DNA of 37,376 nt from positions 1-37,376 of the forward strand of contig JAEUKU010000032.1 of the NCBI GenBank assembly GCA_016794075.1, written 5' to 3'. A program made the position numbers and the translations under genes. How positions within the stretch are numbered: position 1 is the stretch's first letter; each line of letters starts with the position of its first letter. Below, one piece after another: positions 25,936 through 35,037 of the stretch. The notes under the pieces were generated by a model. It saw nothing but the letters and a program-made list of their open reading frames with translations, did no database searches and was not told the DNA's origin. Source of the DNA: Rhodospirillaceae bacterium (GTDB lineage: Bacteria > Pseudomonadota > Alphaproteobacteria > Dongiales > Dongiaceae).

Positions 25936-27737
25936 GCCTCCACCAGCCCGCCGACCTGCCGCTGGAACAGCCGGCGGTAGGTGCCGGCCTCGCGGGTGAT
26001 GAGCGCGCCATGGTCGCCGTCCTCGATGATGCGGCCCTTGTCGAAGATGATCAGCCGCTTCAGCTGCCGCACCGTCGACAGGCGGTGGGCGATGACGATG
26101 GTGGTGCGCCCCTGCATCAGCCGCTCGGTCGCCTCCTGGATCAGCGCCTCGGATTCCGAATCCAGGCTCGAGGTCGCCTCGTCCAGGATCAGGATCGGCG
26201 CGTCGGCGAGGAAGGCGCGGGCCAGCGCCACCCGCTGGCGCTCGCCGCCCGAGAGCTTGATGCCGCGCTCGCCCACCAGCGTGCCGTAGCCCTTGGGCAG
26301 ATGCGCGATGAAGTCGTGCGCGTTGGCGAGCCGCGCCGCCTGCTCGATTTCCGCCATGCTCGCCTGCGGCCGGCCATAGGCGATGTTCTCGGCCAGCGAG
26401 CGGTGGAACAGGATCGGCTCCTGCGGCACGATGGCGATCTGCGCCCGCAGGCTCGCCTGCGTGCAGGATGAGACATCCTGCCCGTCGATGAGAATGCGCC
26501 CGCCATTCACATCGTGCAGCCGCTGGATCAGCTTCACGAAGGTGGTCTTGCCGGAACCCGACAGGCCGACCAGGCCGACCTTCTCGCCAGCGCCGATCGT
26601 CACGTTGAGCCCGTCATAGAGCGGTGTCTGATGGCCGCGATAGTGGAAGCGCACGTCCTGGAACTCGATCCGGCCTTGGCGGATGGCGATCGGCTGCGCG
26701 CCCGGCTTGTCCTCGATGCCCAGGCCCTCGTCATGGATCGCCACCAACTCCTCCATGTCGTTGACCGATTTCTGCAGGTCGCGGATGTGCCAGCCGATGT
26801 CGCGCAGATAGCCCTGGATGATGAAATAGGCGGTCAGCACATAGGCGACGTCGCCCGGCGTCGCCTCGCCATGCCACCACAGCCACAACACCAGGCCGAT
26901 CACGGCGGTGCGCAGGAGCAGCAGCGCCGAGATCTGCGCCGAGCCATTGGTGGTGCCGCGCACCCAGGTGCGGTAGCTGCGCTTGCGCCATTTGTCGACC
27001 ACGCGGGCCAGCCGCGCATCCTCGCGCGTCTCGGCGCCGAAGGCCTTGACCACGGCGTTGCAGGAGATGGCGTCGGCCAGCGCGCCCCCCATCCGCGTGT
27101 CCCACAGGTTGGAAAGCCGCGCGGCCGGCCCGACATAGCCGATCGACATCGTCGCCGCGAGGGCGACGAAGGCAACGGTGCCGACGAAGATGACGAGGCC
27201 CATCAGCGGCCAGCGCCAGCCGAGCAGCGCCGTCGAGCCCAGCAGCACGATGAGCGAGGGCAGGAAGGCGATCAGCAGCGTGTCGTTCAGCAGATCGATC
27301 GCCCACATGCCGCGCGTCACCTTGCGCACGATGGACCCGGAGAAGGTGTTGGCATGCCATTCCGAGGCGAAACGCTGCACCCGCCAGAAGGCCTGATGCG
27401 CCACCCGCGTCATCACGTTCACCGTCAGGTGGCAAATGCCGACGAAGGCCAGATGCCGCATGACCATCATGAGCAGGCCGAGGCCAATCATCGCCGCCAG
27501 CGCCCAGACGGCTTCGTCCAGCGCGATGTCGCGATTGCCGGCGAAGCCCGGCGCCACCGCGTCGATCAGCCGGCCGGCATAGATCGGCAGCAGCACGTCG
27601 GCCATGGTCATGACCAGCACGCCGGCGATGATCGCGGCGACCAGGGGGCGGTGTCGCGCCCAGTGGCCGAAGGTGAAGCCGAGCACCGCGCGGAAGGGGC
27701 GGGCGCGCTCGTGGAACTGCGTGAACAGGCTCATCAT
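25932..27737 (-). CDS. Fused permease/ATPase ABC exporter (MsbA/multidrug type)
   Basis: N-terminal TM domain; GLSGSGKTT, VGERGIKLSGGERQR, ILDEATSSLD and IAHRLST motifs. Confidence 0.95.
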   Translation of the reverse strand: MMSLFTQFHERARPFRAVLGFTFGHWARHRPLVAAIIAGVLVMTMADVLLPIYAGRLIDAVAPGFAGNRDIALDEAVWALAAMIGLGLLMMVMRHLAFVGICHLTVNVMTRVAHQAFWRVQRFASEWHANTFSGSIVRKVTRGMWAIDLLNDTLLIAFLPSLIVLLGSTALLGWRWPLMGLVIFVGTVAFVALAATMSIGYVGPAARLSNLWDTRMGGALADAISCNAVVKAFGAETREDARLARVVDKWRKRSYRTWVRGTTNGSAQISALLLLRTAVIGLVLWLWWHGEATPGDVAYVLTAYFIIQGYLRDIGWHIRDLQKSVNDMEELVAIHDEGLGIEDKPGAQPIAIRQGRIEFQDVRFHYRGHQTPLYDGLNVTIGAGEKVGLVGLSGSGKTTFVKLIQRLHDVNGGRILIDGQDVSSCTQASLRAQIAIVPQEPILFHRSLAENIAYGRPQASMAEIEQAARLANAHDFIAHLPKGYGTLVGERGIKLSGGERQRVALARAFLADAPILILDEATSSLDSESEALIQEATERLMQGRTTIVIAHRLSTVRQLKRLIIFDKGRIIEDGDHGALITREAGTYRRLFQRQVGGLVEA

Positions 27738-27895
27738 TGCATCCGGCGCCGCTGATGCGGCTGCCGCTCCAATCTTTTCGAATCATGCGAGGGCGACGAA
27801 GCGCGCCGCGCTGGACGCGGCCGGAACGTTACGCCTCCGGACCTTGGGCTATGGGAAGAGCAGGCGGCCTGGAACCGGCCTGCGCGACGAGCGAC

Positions 27896-27946
27896 CTAAT
27901 GAAAGGTCGAGCCGGGGTCGATCGGCATCAGCAATGCACTCATCAT
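27896..27946 (-). CDS. Putative leader peptide MMSALLMPIDPGSTFH (16 aa)
   Basis: GGGAGG immediately before ATGATG, TAG at 27896-27898, lying between a promoter and the ABC exporter. Confidence 0.6.
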   Translation of the reverse strand: MMSALLMPIDPGSTFH

Positions 27947-27979
27947 GCCTCCCGGCGCGTCGCTGTTGAAGAGGCTGGG

Positions 27980-28008
27980 AAGATAACCTTAGGCGCGGCG
28001 GATGGCAA
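27980..28008 (-). promoter_or_regulatory. Sigma-70-type promoter for the leader/ABC exporter operon
   Basis: TTGCCA-N17-TATCTT on the minus strand. Confidence 0.6.
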
Positions 28009-28026
28009 GATGGGACATCCCTCGTC

Positions 28027-28133
28027 CGTCATTACCGGGCCGCCGCGATAGCGGCGAGACCCGGTAATCCAAGTGTCGTGGTCGCAATCTCGGCGGAGAA
28101 ACTTGGATTGCAGGGTCAAGCCCGGCAATGACG
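28027..28133. repeat. REP/MITE-like palindromic element, family A
   Basis: CGTCATTACCGGG...ACCCGGTAATCCAAGT ... ACTTGGATTGCAGGGTCAAGCCCGGCAATGACG. Confidence 0.85.
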
Positions 28134-28174
28134 ACGGGGGTAAACGGGGCGCGACACTCTAACCGGACAGCCGT

Positions 28175-28248
28175 GGGCTTGTCCCGGCAATCCATCTTGA
28201 AACCGCGCCGCGCGTAGATGGATCACCGGGACAAGCCCGTTGATGACG
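28175..28248. repeat. REP/MITE-like palindromic element, family A (left end eroded)
   Basis: GGGCTTGTCCCGGCAATCCATC ... GATGGATCACCGGGACAAGCCCGTTGATGACG. Confidence 0.8.
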
Positions 28249-28277
28249 GAACGAAAACGTGCCGCGCCGTGCGCCCT

Positions 28278-28754
28278 CTACTTCCCGCTCAGCATCCGGT
28301 GCGCACGGTGCCAGTCCTCCAGCGACTGGTCGGGATAGGCCTTGAACCTGCGGTCGCCGCGTTTGGCATCGACCGGCACCCAGCCGGCTCTCGAGTCCAG
28401 CATGATGTGCTGGTGCGACGGCGCCTTGGGCAACTCGCTGTCGATGGCGCTGGCGAAGGGATGGATGAGCTCGGGCCAGCTCGGATCCCAGACCCAGAGC
28501 GCGGAGCCGCATTTGCCGCAGAACCGGCGCTCGCCGGAGCTCTTCCGGCCGTCGATTTTGGCGTGGAACATCTTGATGTGCTGCTTGCCACGCACCTTCA
28601 GGCTCTTGGCATGGGCGCCGAGATTGATGGCGTAGCCGCCGCCGCCGGCACTCTTGCGGCAGATCGAGCAATAGCAGCGCATGTAGGGCGCCGGGGCATA
28701 GGCCTCGCAGGTGAACTTCACCGCGCCGCAACAGCAGGAGCCTTCGAGCTTCAT
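28278..28754 (-). CDS. GFA/CENP-V family Zn-binding protein
   Basis: GSCCCGAV, CYCSICRK and RRFCGKCGS motifs. Confidence 0.92.
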   Translation of the reverse strand: MKLEGSCCCGAVKFTCEAYAPAPYMRCYCSICRKSAGGGGYAINLGAHAKSLKVRGKQHIKMFHAKIDGRKSSGERRFCGKCGSALWVWDPSWPELIHPFASAIDSELPKAPSHQHIMLDSRAGWVPVDAKRGDRRFKAYPDQSLEDWHRAHRMLSGK

Positions 28755-28766
28755 CCGGGCCTCCCT

Positions 28767-29771
28767 TCAACTGAATCCGACAACCGGATGCGGCACATAG
28801 GGTTCCTCCAGCGCCGCGATCTCGTCCTTGGTCAGGTTGAGCGTGAGCGCCGCCACCGCGTCGGTCAGGTGATGCGGCTTGCCGGCGCCGATGATGGGCG
28901 CCGTCACCTCCGGCTTCTGGGCCACCCAGGCCAGCGCCACCTGGGCCCGCGGCACGCCGCGCTTGGCGGCGATCTCCGCCACCCGCGCGACCACCTTGCG
29001 GTCGGCCTCGATCGTCCTGGCGTAGAGCGAGGCGCCGTATGTGTCGCTTTCCAGCCGCGCGCTGCTCTCGCTCCAGTCGCGGGTGAGGCGGCCGCGCGCC
29101 AGCGGGCTCCACGGAATGACTCCGATCCCCTCCGCCGCGCAGAGCGGCAGCATCTCGCGCTCCTCCTCGCGGTTCAGCAGGTTGACGTGGTTCTGCATCG
29201 AAACGAAGCGGGCCCAGCCATGCCGGTCGGCGGTGTAGAGCGCCTTGGCGAATTGCCAGGCATGCATGGAGGAGGCGCCGATGTAGCGCACCTTGCCGCT
29301 CTTCACCGCGTCGTGCAGCGCCTCCAGCGTCTCCTCGATCGGCGTCGTGTAGTCCCAGCGGTGGATCTGGTAGAGGTCGATATAGTCGGTGCCGAGCCGG
29401 CGCAGGCTGTCCTCGAGCTCGGTCATGATCGCCTTGCGCGACAATCCCTTGCGGTTGGCGCCGCCGGCGCCCTTGGCGATGGCGCCGCCGACCACGGGGA
29501 AGAACACCTTGGTGGCGAGCACGATGTCGTCGCGTTTGGCGAAATCGCGCAGCGCGCGGCCGACGATCTCCTCGCTGGTGCCCTCCGAATAGACGTTGGC
29601 GGTGTCGAAGAAATTGATGCCAAGCTCGAGGGCTTGGCTGATCAGCGGCCGGCTCGCGGCCTCGGGCAGGGTCCAGGCGTGGTCGCCGCGTTCCGGCACG
29701 CCATAGGTCATGCAGCCGAGGCAAAGACGCGAAACCTTGAGGCCGGTTTTGCCGAGATTGACGTAGTCCAT
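28767..29771 (-). CDS. Aldo/keto reductase
   Basis: LGKTGLKVSRLCLGCM, FDTANVY, LATK, DLYQIHRWD and IPWSPLARG motifs; start at ATG 29771. Confidence 0.95.
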   Translation of the reverse strand: MDYVNLGKTGLKVSRLCLGCMTYGVPERGDHAWTLPEAASRPLISQALELGINFFDTANVYSEGTSEEIVGRALRDFAKRDDIVLATKVFFPVVGGAIAKGAGGANRKGLSRKAIMTELEDSLRRLGTDYIDLYQIHRWDYTTPIEETLEALHDAVKSGKVRYIGASSMHAWQFAKALYTADRHGWARFVSMQNHVNLLNREEEREMLPLCAAEGIGVIPWSPLARGRLTRDWSESSARLESDTYGASLYARTIEADRKVVARVAEIAAKRGVPRAQVALAWVAQKPEVTAPIIGAGKPHHLTDAVAALTLNLTKDEIAALEEPYVPHPVVGFS

Positions 29772-29876
29772 GTGACAGATTCCTTCCGCTGTTGCCGCCA
29801 TTTTAGCGGTTGACGGCGCGCTGTCATCGGGGTCTATCTGCGGCCGATTTTCCTGGGGATGCGGGATATCTGGCTC

Positions 29877-30833
29877 ATGACGGCGTTGATCTTCCACGGC
29901 GGCCATTACAAGACCGGCACCACCAGCCTGCAGCACGCCTTGCGCGCGGGCGAGGGGCTGCTGGCCGGCGCCGGCATCCTCTATCCGCGCGGCCTGCCCG
30001 ACGCGCAGTTCAGCGACGTACAGCATGCCGACCTGGTGACCGATTGCTTCGCCGGAAAATGGGATCGCGTCGAGCGCTATCTCGATCGGGTGGCGGCGGA
30101 AGCGAAGCATCGGAACTGCGGCACGGTGCTGCTCTCCAGCGAGCTCGCGACCTCCTTCCACCGCTTCCCCGACGCTTTCCGGCGCTGGCTGGAGATCGCC
30201 GCCCGCCATTTCGAGACGCCGCGCTACGTCTTCGTCGTGCGCGACGCGCCGGGCTATGCGCGCTCGATGTATCGCGAGCTGGTCAAGTCGGGCCGCGCCT
30301 CGTTCCACTACGATCTGGTAAGGGACGAGATCGCCCGCCTGCTGCTGGAGCAGCAGAGCTCGATCGCCTTCTTCCGCGGCTGGGAAGAAGGCCGCACGAC
30401 CTTCCTGAGCTACCAGGAGCTCGCCGCGTCCGGCCTGGTCGAAACCCTGGTCAAGCGGATGGTGGGTTACGAGGTCGACCCGGCGCTGGTGCGCCTGCTC
30501 AACACCTCGGAGAAGAAGGCGCAGAACATCGCCGCCCTGCTGCTGAACGACGTCTACGCCCTGGTCGGCGCCGCCCGCGGCCTCGACCCGCTGGCGAACG
30601 AGGTGCAGGCGGCGGTGAAAGAGAAGGTCAAGCGCGGCCGCCTGAAGCGCGCCTTCGACGAGGCCTTCGCCGCCGAGATCGAGCAGGCCTTCCTCGACGT
30701 GACCGATGCGCATGTCCGCCGCGCATTCGACGAGAGGTCCTCCGCGGTGGAAGCCAGCCTCGCCGCCATGCCCCCCGAAATCGCCGCCTGGCTCCGGGGC
30801 GCGCCGGCGGAAGCGCGCGCGATCCCGGCCTGA
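29877..30833 (+). CDS. Sulfotransferase-like P-loop protein
   Basis: HGGHYKTGTTSLQ (PAPS-binding-like loop), G.LYP, LLSSE and VVRD...ARSMY motifs. Confidence 0.6.
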   Translation: MTALIFHGGHYKTGTTSLQHALRAGEGLLAGAGILYPRGLPDAQFSDVQHADLVTDCFAGKWDRVERYLDRVAAEAKHRNCGTVLLSSELATSFHRFPDAFRRWLEIAARHFETPRYVFVVRDAPGYARSMYRELVKSGRASFHYDLVRDEIARLLLEQQSSIAFFRGWEEGRTTFLSYQELAASGLVETLVKRMVGYEVDPALVRLLNTSEKKAQNIAALLLNDVYALVGAARGLDPLANEVQAAVKEKVKRGRLKRAFDEAFAAEIEQAFLDVTDAHVRRAFDERSSAVEASLAAMPPEIAAWLRGAPAEARAIPA

Positions 30834-30947
30834 TCCGGCGCGAGGCCGCGTCGGCGGGCGCGACTTTTCGCCGGTCGCCCGCGCGCAATTCGGCGTGTAT
30901 GCATAGGGCATCGGCCGGGTCGAAGGACGGAGGTAAGCATAGACCGC

Positions 30948-33659
30948 ATGGACGCGCGCAGCCTGCCGGCGAACCCGCACGCGGCGACCAGGGACGAGGC
31001 GCTACGGTCGCTGAACGCCCTTGAGACCGGCCTGACGGCGGCCGCAGCGGCGCGCCGCCTTGCCGAATACGGCCCCAATGTGCTGCCGGCGGCGCCGAAG
31101 CGCGGGCCGGTCCTCAGATTCCTCGCGCAATTCCACAACGTGCTGATCTACGTGCTGATCGCCTCCGCCGCGGTCACGGCGGCGCTGCAGCACTGGGTGG
31201 ATACCGGCGTGATCCTCGCGGTCGTCGTGGTCAACGCGGTGATCGGCTTCATCCAGGAGGGGCGCGCCGAGCAGGCCATGGAGGCGATCCGCGGCATGCT
31301 CGCCCCGCATTCGGCGGTGCTGCGCGACAATCGGCGGCAGAGCGTCGACGCGGCTGACCTGGTGCCGGGCGACATCGTGCTGGTCGAGGCGGGCGACCGT
31401 GTTCCCGCCGATCTGCGGCTGATCGAGGCGCGGGGGCTGAAGGCGGAGGAAGCGATCCTGACGGGCGAATCGGTACCCGTCGACAAGGGCACGGCGCCGG
31501 TGGCCGAACAGGCGGCGCTGGGCGACCGGAGCTCGATGCTGTTCAGCGGCACGCTGGTCGCGGCGGGAGTCGGGCGCGGCGTGGTGACGGCGACCTCTGC
31601 TTCCACGCAGATCGGCCGGATCAGCGGCATGCTGTCCGAGGTGCAGACTCTGACCACGCCGCTGGTCCACCAGATGGATCTCTTCGCCCGCTGGCTCACG
31701 CTGTTCATCCTGATGATCGCGGCCAGCCTCCTGGTCTATGGCTACTTCGTCGGCCACCTGCCGTTCGGCGACTTGTTCATGGCGGTGATCAGCCTCTCCG
31801 TGGCGGCGATCCCCGAAGGGTTGCCGGCGGTGCTGACGATCACGCTCGCCGTCGGCGTGCGCGCCATGGCGCGGCGTAATGCCATCGTCCGCCGCCTGCC
31901 GGTGATCGAGACCCTGGGCTCGGTCTCCGTCATCTGCACCGACAAGACGGGCACGCTGACCCGCAACGAGATGATGGCCGCTTCGCTGGTGGCGGCCGGG
32001 CATGTCTATTCCGTCGGCGGCGAGGGATACGCGCCCGAGGGCGCGGTGCGCTGGCGCGACGCGGACGTGCATCCCGGCGAGCACGCCGTCCTGGCGGAAT
32101 TCGCGCAGGTCGCGGCTTTGTGCAACGACGCGGTGCTGCACGGCGCGCCGGGCGGCTGGCGGGTGGAGGGCGACCCCATGGAGGGGGCGCTGATCGCCCT
32201 TGCTGGCAAGCTTACCGGAGCGGGGGCGGATCCGTTCCGCGAATGGAGTCGCAGCGACGCGATTCCCTTCGATGCCGCGCATCGCTACATGGCCGTGCTG
32301 CACCACGACCACGACGGCCATGCGCGCATCGATGTCAAGGGCGCGCCGGAGGCGGTGCTGGCGCTCTGCGCCGATCAGCGCGCCGCAGCGGGTGGCACGG
32401 CGCCGCTCGACGAAGCCTATTGGCACGCGATGGTCGAGCGGCTCGCCGCCGGAGGGCAGCGGGTGATCGCCGTGGCGGCGCGTGTCGTGCCGCAGGAGCA
32501 CACGATACTCAATACGGCCGATCTCCGGGGGCAATTGACGTTGATCGGCCTGGTCGGGCTGATCGACCCGCCGCGGCCGGAGGCCATCGCGGCGGTCGCC
32601 GAGTGCCATGCGGCCGGCATCCGCGTGAAGATGATCACCGGCGACCATGCCGCCACCGCGCGGGCGATCGCAGCGATGATCGGGTTGCAGAACAATGACA
32701 CGGTGCTGACCGGCGCGGATATCGACACGATGGACGATGCCGCCCTGGCCAGCGCGGCGGCGGAGACGGATGTCTTCGCCCGCACGTCCCCCGACCACAA
32801 GCTGCGCCTGGTTTCCGCGCTGCAGTCGCGCGGCCTGACCGTGGCGATGACGGGTGACGGGGTGAACGACGCGCCGGCGCTCAAGCGCGCCGACGCCGGC
32901 ATCGCCATGGGGCGCAAGGGAAGCGAGGCGGCGAAGGAGGCCTCCGGCTTCGTGCTGGCGGACGACAACTTCGCCTCGATCGCCGCGGCCGTGCGCGAAG
33001 GGCGGACGGTCTACGACAACATCAAGAAGGTGATCAGCTGGACGTTGCCGACCAGCGCCGGCGAGGCGATGACGATCGTGGTGGCGCTCTTTGCCGGGAT
33101 GGCCCTGCCGGTCAGCGCAGTGCAGATTCTCTGGGTGAACCTGATCACCGCCGTGACGCTCGGCCTTGCGCTCGCCTTCGAGCCCTCCGAGCCCGGCACC
33201 ATGCGCCGGCCGCCCCGCTTGCGAGATGCGCCCCTGCTGACCGGCGAACTGGTGTGGCACGTGGTGCTGGTCTCCACGCTGTTCCTGGGTGCGGTGTTCG
33301 GGGTCTACGCCTATGCCGTCGACCGCGGCTACGAGCAGGCGCTGGCCCAGACCATGGCAATGAACATGCTGGTGGTGCTGGAGATCTTCCACCTCTTCTT
33401 CATCCGCAACATCTACGGCACCTCGCTCACCTGGGCGGCGGCCAAGGGCACGCCGATCGTCTGGGCCTGCATCGGCGTGATCACCTGCGCGCAATTCGCC
33501 ATCACCTATGTGCCGCCGTTGCAGGCGGCGTTCGGCACGCAAGGCGTCCCCCTGACGGACGGCATCCTGATCGTCGGCATCGCCGTCGTGTTCTTCGCCC
33601 TGATCGAAACCGAAAAGCAGATGCGCCTCGCCTTCCGCCGGCAGAAACCGCGGGGCTGA
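30948..33659 (+). CDS. Type IIA-like cation-transporting P-type ATPase
   Basis: TGES, IPEGLP, DKTGTLT, KGAPE, DPPR, MITGD and MTGDGVNDAP motifs; GGAGG RBS. Confidence 0.96.
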   Translation: MDARSLPANPHAATRDEALRSLNALETGLTAAAAARRLAEYGPNVLPAAPKRGPVLRFLAQFHNVLIYVLIASAAVTAALQHWVDTGVILAVVVVNAVIGFIQEGRAEQAMEAIRGMLAPHSAVLRDNRRQSVDAADLVPGDIVLVEAGDRVPADLRLIEARGLKAEEAILTGESVPVDKGTAPVAEQAALGDRSSMLFSGTLVAAGVGRGVVTATSASTQIGRISGMLSEVQTLTTPLVHQMDLFARWLTLFILMIAASLLVYGYFVGHLPFGDLFMAVISLSVAAIPEGLPAVLTITLAVGVRAMARRNAIVRRLPVIETLGSVSVICTDKTGTLTRNEMMAASLVAAGHVYSVGGEGYAPEGAVRWRDADVHPGEHAVLAEFAQVAALCNDAVLHGAPGGWRVEGDPMEGALIALAGKLTGAGADPFREWSRSDAIPFDAAHRYMAVLHHDHDGHARIDVKGAPEAVLALCADQRAAAGGTAPLDEAYWHAMVERLAAGGQRVIAVAARVVPQEHTILNTADLRGQLTLIGLVGLIDPPRPEAIAAVAECHAAGIRVKMITGDHAATARAIAAMIGLQNNDTVLTGADIDTMDDAALASAAAETDVFARTSPDHKLRLVSALQSRGLTVAMTGDGVNDAPALKRADAGIAMGRKGSEAAKEASGFVLADDNFASIAAAVREGRTVYDNIKKVISWTLPTSAGEAMTIVVALFAGMALPVSAVQILWVNLITAVTLGLALAFEPSEPGTMRRPPRLRDAPLLTGELVWHVVLVSTLFLGAVFGVYAYAVDRGYEQALAQTMAMNMLVVLEIFHLFFIRNIYGTSLTWAAAKGTPIVWACIGVITCAQFAITYVPPLQAAFGTQGVPLTDGILIVGIAVVFFALIETEKQMRLAFRRQKPRG

Positions 33660-33667
33660 GAAACAGT

Positions 33668-33699
33668 TCAGGCGGCGCCGCTTTCGCAACGCCGCCTGA
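33668..33699. terminator. Hairpin between convergent genes
   Basis: TCAGGCGGCG ... CGCCGCCTGA 10-bp perfect stem; no strong U-tract. Confidence 0.5.
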
Positions 33700-33724
33700 G
33701 ATGCGAAGCGCGGCGGGAAGGGGC

Positions 33725-34774
33725 TCAGGCCCAGCCGGCGCGGTCCATGATCTTCACCGCCTCGGCGTTGTTCTTGCCGAGCTCGGCGACGTTGATCGTG
33801 TCTTCCTTGAACTTGCCCCAGGCGGCGATGACCGGCGACATCTCGGCGCCGTCGCGCACCGGATATTCGAAATTGGCGGCGGCGAAGATCTCCTGCGCGC
33901 CGGGCGAGACCAGGAATTCCAGGAACTTCACCGCGTTGTCCTTGTTCGGCGCATGCGCGGCAACGCCGGCGCCCGAGACGTTGACATGCGTGCCTCGGTC
34001 GCCCTGGTTGGGGAAGAACACCTTCACATTGGCGAGCTTCGCCTTCAGCGCATCGTCGTCGCCGGCCAGCATGCGGGCGAAGTAATAGGTGTTGGAGACC
34101 GCTATATCGCCCTCGCCGGCGATCAGCGCGTTGATCTGGTCGGTGTCGCCGCCCTTCGGCGCGCGCGCCATGTTGGCGACGATGCCCTTGCACCAGGCTT
34201 CCGCTTTCTCCGCGCCGTCATTGTGGATGATCGAGGCAACCAGCGACTGGTTGTAGATGTTGCTGGAGGAGCGGATGAGCACACGGCCCTTCCATTTCGG
34301 GTCGGCCAGATCCTCGTAGGTCGAGAGCTCCTCCGCCTTCACCTTGCTGGTGTCGTAGACGAAGACCCGCGCCCGCTTGGCGAAGGCGAACCACTGGCCG
34401 GAGGGCTCGCGCAGATTGGTCGGGATGTGCTGCTCCAGCTCGGGCGAGCTCACGGCCTGGTAGATGCCCTGCTCCTGCGCGCGCCACAGGTTGCCGGCGT
34501 CGACGGTGACGAAGACGTCGGCCGGCGACTGGTCGCCCTCCAGCTTGATGCGCTCCATCAGCTCCTCTGCCTTGCCCTGAAGCTGGTTGACCTTGATGCC
34601 GGTCTGCTCGGTGAAGAGGGCGAAGAGCTGCTCGTCCGCCGGATAGTGCCGCGCGGAATAGACGTTGACCTCGCCAGCATCCGCGCGCGCCGCGCGGAAG
34701 GACGGCGCCAGAAATGCCGCCCCGGCGCCGGTCAGCATCGCGTTGCGCAGCAGGGTTCGGCGGGAAAGATGCAT
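33725..34774 (-). CDS. futA: Fe(3+) ABC transporter substrate-binding protein (FutA/IdiA type), Tat-exported
   Basis: SRRTLL Tat motif, YSARHY, NIYNQS, GGDTDQI and NTYY tandem Tyr ligands. Confidence 0.88.
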   Translation of the reverse strand: MHLSRRTLLRNAMLTGAGAAFLAPSFRAARADAGEVNVYSARHYPADEQLFALFTEQTGIKVNQLQGKAEELMERIKLEGDQSPADVFVTVDAGNLWRAQEQGIYQAVSSPELEQHIPTNLREPSGQWFAFAKRARVFVYDTSKVKAEELSTYEDLADPKWKGRVLIRSSSNIYNQSLVASIIHNDGAEKAEAWCKGIVANMARAPKGGDTDQINALIAGEGDIAVSNTYYFARMLAGDDDALKAKLANVKVFFPNQGDRGTHVNVSGAGVAAHAPNKDNAVKFLEFLVSPGAQEIFAAANFEYPVRDGAEMSPVIAAWGKFKEDTINVAELGKNNAEAVKIMDRAGWA

Positions 34775-34846
34775 ATTCGGACACTCCGCGATCAGAAGGG
34801 GAAGACAGTCATCGCGACCATAGGCCAGGGTAACCAGAGGTGCAAC

Positions 34847-34861
34847 TGCGACTTATTCGCA
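34847..34861. promoter_or_regulatory. Fur-family operator candidate
   Basis: TGCGA-CTTAT-TCGCA inverted repeat about 72 bp upstream of the iron-binding protein start. Confidence 0.55.
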
Positions 34862-35037
34862 CATGCTCACGAAACCGTGATCGGCCGGCGCCGGGACCGG
34901 ACACCGGCCGCAGGCCGCCTGTGGCGTGCTTCACAGCAGGGCCGGGGACCTTCCGCCTATACCCCGGGGCGACGGACCGGTCGATTTCGAGTCCGCCACG
35001 ACGCCGCCAGGAGCGGCCTTATTTTAGGGAGACGCAT

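Noticed and set aside
28027-28248. CRISPR array or tRNA
   Set aside because: Two imperfect palindromes, not identical direct repeats with spacers; no cas genes and no cloverleaf
1-28754. A C1/formaldehyde pathway made of fds, ADH and GFA
   Set aside because: Genes are far apart; the ADH is AdhP-like rather than glutathione-dependent class III, and GFA-family proteins are generic
29772-30980. Apparent 737-aa AKR fusion
   Set aside because: The extension is the antisense of the 29877-30833 gene; the AKR begins at 29771 with a typical N-terminus
31002-34193. 1063-aa minus-strand ORF (similarly 9543-12014, 18743-20821, 4823-6673, 15665-17473, 23415-24878)
   Set aside because: Stop-poor antisense or alternative frames typical of high-GC DNA, overlapping well-supported genes and lacking motifs
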